Notes under the pieces: generated by a model | What the model was told of the DNA's origin: nothing | Seen by the model: the letters and a program-made list of their open reading frames with translations, nothing else | The model's database searches: none | Source: an uncultured Verrucomicrobiae bacterium | GTDB lineage: Bacteria; Verrucomicrobiota; Verrucomicrobiia; Chthoniobacterales; Chthoniobacteraceae | Length of the DNA: 64,000 nt | Direction: 5' to 3' | Assembly: GCA_963828525.1 (NCBI GenBank) | Contig: CAWHEP010000001.1 | Location: 96,001 to 160,000 of the forward strand | Part shown: piece by piece, positions 47,469-55,853 of the stretch | How the letters are laid out: each line of letters opens with the position of its first letter | Numbering within the stretch: position 1 is the stretch's first letter | Program-made: the position numbers and the translations under genes

Positions 47469-48614
47469 ATGAAAGCGATCCAGAAAAAAAACTTCGCGGA
47501 ATTCTTTGCCGGTATCGGGCTAATGCGCATGGGTCTGGAACAAGCCGGTTGGAAGATCGAATTTGCGAACGACATAGATGAGGACAAGTGGCGCATGTAT
47601 CGAGATCACTTCGGAGATACAGGCGAATTCGTGTTGAATGACGTGCATCAACTCGATGCCGGGGCGATTCCTTCCGTTACGCTCGCGACTGCGTCTTTTC
47701 CATGCAACGACCTCTCGCTCGCGGGAGCGCGCAAGGGGCTCTCGGGCGAGCAATCCTCAGCGTTCTGGGGCTTTATCGAGGTTCTAACCGAAATGAGCGG
47801 CAGGCGCCCCCCCCTCGTCTTGCTGGAAAATGTGACGGGGTTTTTGACCTCTCGTGAGGGCAACGATTTTCGTGACGCGCTTCTGGCGCTCAACCGGCTC
47901 GGTTACGCGGTGGACGCCTTCATCGTTGATGCGGCGCGGTTCGTCCCGCAGAGCAGGCAACGACTCTTCGTCGTCGGCATGCTGACGAAAAACGTCTCCG
48001 CTGTTAACGAAACGCCGACCTTCTACGAGGGAAATTGCAGGCCGCCGGCTCTTGCAGACTTCATCCTTTGGAACCCCGAGATCAATTGGCTTATTCGAGA
48101 GCTGCCGCCCCTGCCCAAGGGCACGAAAAACCTCGGTGACATTCTCGAATCCATCTCTCCCAATTCTAAAACGTGGTGGAGTGACGAGCGGTGCAGATAT
48201 CTCCTTAACCAGATGAGCCCGAAGCACCGTGAAGTCGCGGAAGCAATGATCGCGGGTGGAACGACAAGCTTTGGGACTGTTTTTCGGCGCGTGCGGAAGG
48301 GAAAGTCGATGGCGGAGTTGCGTACTGACGGAATTGCGGGATGTCTGCGCACACCGCGCGGAGGGAGCGGTCGGCAAATCCTTTTCGCGGCAGGGGAGGG
48401 CCGATTCGCTGTGCGACTACTAACCGGTCGTGAGTGCGCGCGGCTCATGGGAGCAGATGATTTCCGACTCACCGTGCCGCTCAATCAAGCGCTATTTGGA
48501 TTCGGTGACGCGGTCTGCGTGCCAGTGATAGAGTGGATCGGCACACATTACCTCAACCCGATATGGAACGAGCATTTCGCTCCGGCGGCGCCGAGCGAAC
48601 GACACAGTGCATGA
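47469..48614 (+). CDS. C5 cytosine DNA methyltransferase
   Basis: Motif I FFAGIG, IV SFPC, VI ENV, VIII QSRQR, IX RECARLMG, X GDAV. Confidence 0.93.
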   Translation: MKAIQKKNFAEFFAGIGLMRMGLEQAGWKIEFANDIDEDKWRMYRDHFGDTGEFVLNDVHQLDAGAIPSVTLATASFPCNDLSLAGARKGLSGEQSSAFWGFIEVLTEMSGRRPPLVLLENVTGFLTSREGNDFRDALLALNRLGYAVDAFIVDAARFVPQSRQRLFVVGMLTKNVSAVNETPTFYEGNCRPPALADFILWNPEINWLIRELPPLPKGTKNLGDILESISPNSKTWWSDERCRYLLNQMSPKHREVAEAMIAGGTTSFGTVFRRVRKGKSMAELRTDGIAGCLRTPRGGSGRQILFAAGEGRFAVRLLTGRECARLMGADDFRLTVPLNQALFGFGDAVCVPVIEWIGTHYLNPIWNEHFAPAAPSERHSA

Positions 48615-49549
48615 GCGCGGTGACGGACAGTCTGGTTTCGCTTTGCGCGAAGCATCCTAAATTTCTTAAGAAAGGGGGGCTTTGTGTTGCGCTGGTCTTA
48701 ACGCAGACAGCCAAGAAGGAAGGATTGCCTCTCCTGGCGGAATCGCTCCGGACGGATGAGGGCGGGCAAGTTACAGGTCTGAGTAAGTCTGCAGTCCAGA
48801 GGATCCTTGAGGCCCACGGGATCGCCAAGGTTCTTGCTGAGGAGGGCGGCAGGACGAGTCGGGGAAGTCTCGGTTTGATGAAAGCATATGTCGAAACGCT
48901 GAACGAACTTCACGAACGAGGCAACGCAGATTTAGACGAGGCGTTTGCTTGGTGGATTGAGCGAGTTCGCGCTCATTTTGCGTCTGAGGGGCCGAAGTTC
49001 AATTTCGATCCGGGTAAATCTCTTCGCGCGAATATCGACGATTTGCTTGAACAATCAAAGGAGGCTCAAACAAACGCGGGCGGCGCCAACTACGTTGGCG
49101 CGATGCTTCAGCATCTCGTGGGCGCGAAGCTCGATCTTGTTGTTGGGGTCGGAAAGCTCAAGCACCACGGTTTCTCTGTCGCCGACCACTCCACTGAGCG
49201 TCAGGGCGACTTTCAGGTTGAAGCCGTGGCAATCCATGTGACTACGCGCCCGACTGAGGCGCTGATTCGAAAGTGCGCTGCCAATCTTGGCGCAGGACTG
49301 AAGCCGCTCATCATCAGCATCGGCGACGGCGTGGCGGGAGCAACGTTTCTGTTGAAGGATTCGGAGCTGGAAGATCGTGTCGATGTGCTGGACGCCGCTC
49401 AGTTTCTAACGGCGAACGTGTATGAACGCAGTCTTTTTAACGCCGCCGAATGCAAGGTCACGCTTTGCAAACTGCTAACGCGCTACAACGAGATCGTCGA
49501 AACGTGCGAAACTGATCCGACATTGCGCATTCGGATGCCCCGCTCGTGA
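48611..49549 (+). CDS. DUF4928-like protein, putative restriction endonuclease
   Basis: EEGGRTSRG, LQHLVGAKL, AD...GDF...IHVT motifs; ATGA-coupled to the methyltransferase; family recognised from memory only. Confidence 0.7.
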   Translation: MSAVTDSLVSLCAKHPKFLKKGGLCVALVLTQTAKKEGLPLLAESLRTDEGGQVTGLSKSAVQRILEAHGIAKVLAEEGGRTSRGSLGLMKAYVETLNELHERGNADLDEAFAWWIERVRAHFASEGPKFNFDPGKSLRANIDDLLEQSKEAQTNAGGANYVGAMLQHLVGAKLDLVVGVGKLKHHGFSVADHSTERQGDFQVEAVAIHVTTRPTEALIRKCAANLGAGLKPLIISIGDGVAGATFLLKDSELEDRVDVLDAAQFLTANVYERSLFNAAECKVTLCKLLTRYNEIVETCETDPTLRIRMPRS

Positions 49550-49671
49550 ATACACAGATCGCGACGTGGCCAACGGCATCACGGGGATTTGGGTCTGAAG
49601 AACTATGTCGCTCAACCTCTGAGAACGTGTTTGAAAAATAGAACGAGTTCGCGATACAATGAGGGAACGGG

Positions 49672-50139
49672 TCAGTCAGAAAGTTGTTTGATGAACAAAT
49701 ACTTCGTATGCCCATGCGAGTCCCAGTTCTCTAGCCTGCCCGCAACCTGGTAACCCAGTTTTAGATAAAAATCCGGGGCTTGATAGTCCAGTGTATCTAA
49801 AAATGAGTGCTTGCAGCCCCGTGTAACGGCTTCCTTTTCAGCCATCTCCAAAAGTCTCCGACCTATTCCATGTCGTCGCGCGGATTCGGCGACGGCCATG
49901 ATAGCTACCTTGAGCCACAGAAACTGCGTTTCGGCAATCAAGCCACCAACGACTGAGCCACTAATGTCGCATACCACAACGTTCAACGGCTTCGGTGAGT
50001 TTTCCTCTAGATCGCGCGCGGTGAAGAAACCCGAGTTATGGGAGTAGTTATGTCGGCGCAGTAATTCCCCAATCGATTCTCGCGTGTCCTCGCTCAGGGT
50101 GTTAAGCAGTTCGTAGGTCAAGTCTTTCGCGATTAGCAC
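49672..50139 (-). CDS. GNAT N-acetyltransferase
   Basis: RRHGIGRRLL acetyl-CoA motif, LDTLDYQAPDFYLKLGY. Confidence 0.88.
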   Translation of the reverse strand: MLIAKDLTYELLNTLSEDTRESIGELLRRHNYSHNSGFFTARDLEENSPKPLNVVVCDISGSVVGGLIAETQFLWLKVAIMAVAESARRHGIGRRLLEMAEKEAVTRGCKHSFLDTLDYQAPDFYLKLGYQVAGRLENWDSHGHTKYLFIKQLSD

Positions 50140-50289
50140 GGATCAGGCCCAGATAACAGGCTGCGAGAATAAATTCAGGAAAGTAGAACGAGTTTGGAAG
50201 AAACCACCCGCCGCCACCATTCGTCCTTGTCCTTCCACTGGAGCGCAGAGCTTGGTATTCAAGCAAGGCTGGTGACAAAGCGTTTCGAG

Positions 50290-52692
50290 CTACTGAATCC
50301 CCCACGTTTTGTTTGGCTGCGGACCCATCACGAAATCCAGCGTCCCTCCCGCCGCGATCTCCGAATAGTTCAGCCAGCAACGGTTAAGCGAGCGCCCGTT
50401 CAGCATGGCGGATTGGATGTAGATGTTAGCGGGTGAGTTATCCCGAGCTGTGATGACGAACATGCTGCCCTTTGCGTATGCGGGGTCAAGCTTGAAGGTA
50501 ACCTTGTCAAACAGCGGGTTTAAAATCTCGAACCGCGGATTTCCGGGGCAGCTCTGGGTGAGACCGGCTGCAGCCAGCACGTACCACGCGGACATTTGGC
50601 CCACGTCGTCGTCGCCTGGCAGCCCTTCCGGGCCTGTATAGTAAACAGCCATCGATTGCCGCAGCCATTTCTGCGTTAGCCAGGGAGCTCCGGACCAGTT
50701 GAACAGGAACGGGATCAGTTCCGTCGGTTCGTTGACCGGATTGTTATAGGGATTCCACCAAGGCTCCCCTCCACCGTAGATGTGAGCGGGATTTCCCTTT
50801 CCCATGTAGGGGTTCCATTTCGTGAAATCGGGCGTTCTGCTGAAAAAGTCCTCGAGTTTCGCTGTGAAGAGCTCCTTGCCCCCCAGTAGTTGGATCAGTC
50901 CCGGAATATCATTGTAAGCGGTCCAGCCTGCCTGGTAAACGGTCGCTTCCCTCGTGTATTTGGGAGAGATCAGGCCGGGCCAGGGAAGAAAATTACCCTT
51001 TCCGTCTTTCGCGCAGAACCACCCCTTCCATTCCGGACGGGAATCCTTGCCAGCCGCGTCATAGGTCCATGGAACATCCGGATTATAGATTTTCTTGTAA
51101 GCCATCGAACGCTCGAGATATTTCGCGGCATCCTCCTTCTTGCCGAGCGCGGTTGCTAACTGCGCCATATTCCACTCACTAAGCCCGTATTCGGTGGTCT
51201 CTGAAATCTGGCCAGGACAATATCCAAATTTGGCATTCCCGTATTTTTCCGAGCTGTTGATCGAGTAAGTATACGCTTTGTCGATATCGAAATCTCGAAT
51301 CCCCTTTTGCCACGCGTCGTTGATCACGATCACGTCCGGATTGCCGATCATGCAATCCGTGTAGTTTCCCATGATCTCCCACCGGTCCAGGTAATGTTTG
51401 CCGTTGAGTTCCGCCAGCGAGAGCATGCTGCTGATCTGATTCCTAACCATCTTTGGCTCGACGAAGGCCAGCAATGGATATTCGCTGCGGTAATCATCCC
51501 AGCCGCTGAAGATGGTCACGTTCGTAAAAGCGTTCGACTGATGCGGTCGATTGTCACCGCCGGGGTATTGCCCATCGAGATCCGCGAAGGTCATCGGGAA
51601 AAGCAGAGCCCGGTAGAGCGCGCTATAATAGATCGTCTTATGATCCTCCGTGCCGCCTTCGACTGACAAGCGATCTATTGCTTTTATCCAGGCCTCTCGC
51701 GCTTGCTGGCGCGCCAGGTCGAAATTCCAACCTGGGATTTCCGCCGTCAAGTTGGCCCGCGCCCCGGCTATGCTCACGAAAGAAAGGCCGGTCTTCACCA
51801 TCACCGTTTCACCCGCCTTGCTGGCAAACTCCGTGTAAAAGCCAAGATGTTGTCCATCCTTCTCTTTGCAGCCCGGGATGACTTCTGCGTTCTTGCACGC
51901 CTCAATGAACGAAGGGGCGCTGATATTATGCTTGTTCTTGCCCCACGGCAGGGGCGGAGTTGAACTCCATTCGGCTGGAAGGGTGGCGCTCCACACCCCG
52001 TATTTCGTAAAAGGCTTGCTGAATTCAGCATGATAATAGGCCGTGTAACGGGTGCTGCCGCCAAAAGTCCATCCCCCTCCGGCGCCCGTGAATTCCATCG
52101 TTCCTTCAATGGTATGGTCATCCACCACCTTTACCGTCTGGCGCAGCGACGTGCCGGAGTTCCGGTGGGAAAGGTCCACTTGAATACGGGCTTGCGTGTT
52201 GTCGGGGAAGGTAAACCGAATGATTCCGCTGTGCATCGCGACTGTGGCCTCAGTCTGAACCTTATAATCCTCCAACATCACGGAGTAATAGCCGGCGGAC
52301 GCTTTCTCGGTCCCCTTGGAGAATGCCGAAAGGTATCCGGTGCCCGATTTTCCCTTGTCTCCCCAATACGTCTTTAAGGGACCCGTCGTTGCCATCACCA
52401 TGAAGTTTCCCAGTTCTCCGCCGTCTGCCCCGCCGAGTTGGTCAAAGCCAAAACCCTCGACTGTTTTGTCCCCGTAAGAGTATCCCATGCCGGGATACGT
52501 AATGGGACTGATCTTGACCATGCTGAACGGCATGGACGCGCCAGGAAAATCCTTTCCCTGGTGTCCAGTACCAATAAATGGATCGATATAGTCAACGGGA
52601 GCCTTGGCCTGGAGCGCTGAAAGCCAGGAAGCACCGATTGCCAAAGCAACGAGAAAGGTGATTCTTTTAGGGGATCGAGTTGAGATTGCCAT
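50290..52692 (-). CDS. Glycoside hydrolase family 92 (alpha-mannosidase)
   Basis: Signal peptide, YIDPFIGT, FPGASMPFSMV, FSGWD, NEP, GDDDVGQMSAWY. Confidence 0.92.
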   Translation of the reverse strand: MAISTRSPKRITFLVALAIGASWLSALQAKAPVDYIDPFIGTGHQGKDFPGASMPFSMVKISPITYPGMGYSYGDKTVEGFGFDQLGGADGGELGNFMVMATTGPLKTYWGDKGKSGTGYLSAFSKGTEKASAGYYSVMLEDYKVQTEATVAMHSGIIRFTFPDNTQARIQVDLSHRNSGTSLRQTVKVVDDHTIEGTMEFTGAGGGWTFGGSTRYTAYYHAEFSKPFTKYGVWSATLPAEWSSTPPLPWGKNKHNISAPSFIEACKNAEVIPGCKEKDGQHLGFYTEFASKAGETVMVKTGLSFVSIAGARANLTAEIPGWNFDLARQQAREAWIKAIDRLSVEGGTEDHKTIYYSALYRALLFPMTFADLDGQYPGGDNRPHQSNAFTNVTIFSGWDDYRSEYPLLAFVEPKMVRNQISSMLSLAELNGKHYLDRWEIMGNYTDCMIGNPDVIVINDAWQKGIRDFDIDKAYTYSINSSEKYGNAKFGYCPGQISETTEYGLSEWNMAQLATALGKKEDAAKYLERSMAYKKIYNPDVPWTYDAAGKDSRPEWKGWFCAKDGKGNFLPWPGLISPKYTREATVYQAGWTAYNDIPGLIQLLGGKELFTAKLEDFFSRTPDFTKWNPYMGKGNPAHIYGGGEPWWNPYNNPVNEPTELIPFLFNWSGAPWLTQKWLRQSMAVYYTGPEGLPGDDDVGQMSAWYVLAAAGLTQSCPGNPRFEILNPLFDKVTFKLDPAYAKGSMFVITARDNSPANIYIQSAMLNGRSLNRCWLNYSEIAAGGTLDFVMGPQPNKTWGIQ

Positions 52693-52846
52693 CGGGGAGT
52701 GGGGGAGCCTCTCGAATTTCTACCGTCTCCTCTGTCGCGCAAGCATTTTCGGGTAGCTCTGCCCAGCCTTCAGTCCAAATGAGTTCTTCATGACGGTGGA
52801 GATTACCTCGCCCTTCTAAATTCCGCTTCTCCGTGGGGAAAGCTGA

Positions 52847-53182
52847 CTAGAGCTTGCCAGCGCGCAACGCTTTTAGGATCTCTTGCAGCTCTTCGCTCGC
52901 GCTCACGAGTTGGGAATCGAGCTTTTCGCACTGCGCCTTCACCCGTTCGCAATTTGGCGGAAGGCCTCGCTTTATCGCGGCCACGTGGAATCGAAGTCCT
53001 GTGACGGTCTGGCAGATGGTATCATGCAGCCGCTGCGCCACGGGATGTGGTTTCGGATACTCCTCGGGAGGCGCGGACGGCAATGCCCCTTTGATTTTCC
53101 GCTGTGGCGAGGCGGTGGGCAGGCTGCCGCGCCTTCTCCTCGGGACTGGCTGTTTTTTAGGTGGCGATTTCGCGGATGGCAT
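52847..53182 (-). CDS. Stand-alone HisKA_3 (DHp)-like protein
   Basis: AQRLHDTICQTVTGL resembles the NarX-type H-box; no ATPase domain; basic Pro-rich N-terminus. Confidence 0.6.
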   Translation of the reverse strand: MPSAKSPPKKQPVPRRRRGSLPTASPQRKIKGALPSAPPEEYPKPHPVAQRLHDTICQTVTGLRFHVAAIKRGLPPNCERVKAQCEKLDSQLVSASEELQEILKALRAGKL

Positions 53183-53558
53183 CTTCGATAATGGCATCCA
53201 AATCGGTGCCGCCAAAGGGTTTTACGAGGTGATGTCGAAACCCTGCTTCCTTGCTCCGCCGGAGATCTTCATTCGTGCCCAATCCGCTGACCGCGATCGC
53301 ATAGACCGGGCAGGAGAATTTGGCCAGGCGCAGGAGCTCCCAGCCGTCACCATCCGGGAGGCCGATATCGGAAATCAGCACATTGCACCTCGATTCGGGC
53401 AGGGCGGTTAGGGCCTCCTGCATGGTCCGAGCCGACTCAACATGGAAGCCGAAGCTTTCAAGATACATCTTGAGGTACTTCAAGGTGTCACGGTGATTCT
53501 CGACGATAAATACCCGCAGGGGAGGAGCCGCGGACTCAGCACTCGCCATGGCATTCAT
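53157..53558 (-). CDS. Single-domain response regulator
   Basis: VFIVEN, LISDIGLPD, GFRHHLVKP. Confidence 0.9.
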   Translation of the reverse strand: MNAMASAESAAPPLRVFIVENHRDTLKYLKMYLESFGFHVESARTMQEALTALPESRCNVLISDIGLPDGDGWELLRLAKFSCPVYAIAVSGLGTNEDLRRSKEAGFRHHLVKPFGGTDLDAIIEDAIREIAT

Positions 53559-53602
53559 TTCGACAGTTTCAACAGATCACCCTCCATCTGGCGTCCTGAT
53601 CG

Positions 53603-54099
53603 TCAGGTCAGGGGAATACTGACGCGAAACGTCGCGCCTTCGCCCCTGCCGGCGCTGGCCGCCTGAAGCTGTCCCCGTGCGCATCGCCGCGCTCGCGGTC
53701 GAGATCGGTGAGCTTTAGATGGCCGTTGGTCGCCGTAAGATGCTTGACCGGCGGAATCACATACACGCGATTTGCCTCCACTTTCGTCCCGCGTGGGCCA
53801 CGCGCATCTTCGTCCATTTCCGGCATCGAGCTGACGTGGTCTGGCGACAGATGCATGATGACCACAAAAACCATCCCGGACTCCGCCGGCATTTTTTCGA
53901 AGAACGCTTGGATCGCCCTTATCGACCCTGCGGACCCGCCAATACCCACCATGGGCAAAAGCTGATAGCCGACAGTGGGAATGATGTTGTCTATCTCCGC
54001 GCCGAGCTCCTGCTCGACGAGATCCGGATTGATATTTGGGAGACCAGTTTCGACCCGCGCAGGCGCCAAGTCTGGCGTGGGAGAGTCGGTGTCATCCAT
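53603..54099 (-). pseudogene. Internally deleted CheB/(CheR)-histidine kinase remnant
   Basis: CheB motifs GGSAGS, IMHLSP, VYVIPP directly followed by the HATPase tail AHG(G)QLQAASAGRGEGATFRVSIPLT-stop in another frame. Confidence 0.75.
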
Positions 54100-54377
54100 A
54101 ACCCTAAAGCGTAGGCTCTGCGCGCAATGAGCGCGAGTGGAAAATCCTGCCACACAGAGGGGCCGTAACCCGAGCGAACGTTCGATACCGGCTCCTCCTC
54201 TCCTGCGAGACAAATGACTATTTTGGGCGATCGTGGGCGACGGGCTCAATGGTTGAGGCGCGGAGATCGGAAAATAAAACGCGCGGGGCGACACATTTCC
54301 CAGGCAATTTCCCCCTCCAGAGTGATGCTGGCCGCCAAATCGCTGGCGGGGGCCGAAATATTTGGTAACAACAGACT

Positions 54378-55853
54378 ATGAGTTCTGTCCCTCTCTCCAC
54401 CATTGATGACCGTTGCGGGATGGGGGTGGAGGGATTGGATGAAGTGCTTCACGGTGGATTGCCACGGAATCGGCTTTATCTACTGCAGGGAAGTCCCGGA
54501 GTCGGGAAAACGACTTTGGCGATGCAGTTCCTGTTGGAGGGCCTGGGCCGGGGAGAGGCGGGCTTGTACATCACCCTTTCCGAGACGCGGGAAGAGATCG
54601 AGATCGTTGCGGCCTCGCATGGATGGGATCTCGCGCCCCTGCATCTTTACGAGCTATCCACGATCGAGGAGACGGTTCGCGGCGAGACTGAAAGCACGTT
54701 TTTCCATCCGGCGGAGGTGGAGTTGAATCGAACGATCGAGGCGCTCATCGCGGAAATTGAGCGCGTGAACCCGTCGCGCGTTGTCTTCGACTCGCTGTCG
54801 GAAATGCGGATGCTCGCGGATACGCCGCTACGCTATCGGAGGCAGATTTTGCAGCTCAAGCAGTTTCTGGCAGGGCGGCGCGCGACGGTGCTGCTGCTGG
54901 ATGACCTGACCGCCGGCGCGGGCAATGTGGAGGTGGAGAGCATCGCGCACGGTGTGCTCACGTTGGAGCGCGTTTCCGCGGCCTACGGGGTCTCTCGCCG
55001 GCAGTTGAGTGTCATGAAATTGCGCGGGTCGGCTTTCCGGGAAGGCTTTCACGATCTGATCCTGACTCGCGGCGGGATGAAGATTTTTCCGAGGTTGGTG
55101 GCCAGCGAGCAACACACCGAATTTGTGCGGGAGGATTTTCCCAGCGGAATCGCGGAACTCGACGCCCTGCTCGGAGGCGGGCTGGGCCGGGGAACGAGCG
55201 CGATGTTCATGGGGCCACCCGGCACCGGCAAATCAACACTCGCCTTGAGGTTCGCGCTGACGGCGGCGGAACGCGGCGAGAAATCGCTCATCCTTTGTTT
55301 CGACGAAACCATGGGGACGCTGCTCGACCGGGCTGCGAAGCTTGGCATGGATCTCTCGGTCCATGTCCAGGAAGGCCGGATCAAGCTCCTGCAGCTCGAC
55401 CCAGCCCAGATTTCACCGGGTGAATTTGCGAGCCTTATTCATGAAGCAGTGATGGGAGGAGGGGCCAGGATGGTGATCGTCGATAGCATTAATGGCTACC
55501 TGAACGCGATGCCGGAGGAGCGGCACCTGAATATGCAATTGCATGAGGTGCTCGCTACCCTGAATCAACTGGGGGTCATCACCATTATGGTTCTCGCGCA
55601 GCAGGGCCTCATAGGGATAATGCAAACTTCGGTCGATCTCACATACCTCGCGGATACCGTGCTGCTGCTGCGCTACTATGAAGCCCGCGGCGAGGTGAAG
55701 CAGGCGATCTCGGTCATCAAAAAGAGAAGCGGCAATCACGAGAGGACCATCCGCGAGATTTCCGTCGGCCCGGGCGGCATCAATGTAGGGGAGCCGCTCC
55801 GGGGCCTGCAGGGGGTGCTCACCGGCGTGCCCACCTTTATGCATGATTCCTGA
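54378..55853 (+). CDS. Double-domain KaiC-like ATPase
   Basis: Two RecA-like domains: GSPGVGKT / GPPGTGKS, VFDS / IVDS, KLRG / KKRS. Confidence 0.88.
   Translation: MSSVPLSTIDDRCGMGVEGLDEVLHGGLPRNRLYLLQGSPGVGKTTLAMQFLLEGLGRGEAGLYITLSETREEIEIVAASHGWDLAPLHLYELSTIEETVRGETESTFFHPAEVELNRTIEALIAEIERVNPSRVVFDSLSEMRMLADTPLRYRRQILQLKQFLAGRRATVLLLDDLTAGAGNVEVESIAHGVLTLERVSAAYGVSRRQLSVMKLRGSAFREGFHDLILTRGGMKIFPRLVASEQHTEFVREDFPSGIAELDALLGGGLGRGTSAMFMGPPGTGKSTLALRFALTAAERGEKSLILCFDETMGTLLDRAAKLGMDLSVHVQEGRIKLLQLDPAQISPGEFASLIHEAVMGGGARMVIVDSINGYLNAMPEERHLNMQLHEVLATLNQLGVITIMVLAQQGLIGIMQTSVDLTYLADTVLLLRYYEARGEVKQAISVIKKRSGNHERTIREISVGPGGINVGEPLRGLQGVLTGVPTFMHDS

Noticed and set aside
49550..50200. Integron attC cassette around the GNAT gene
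   Set aside because: No RYYYAAC...GTTRRRY palindrome of sufficient length after the stop; no intI
54378..55853. Calling this a true circadian kaiC
   Set aside because: No kaiA or kaiB in the window, and the canonical EE and S-T motifs are altered
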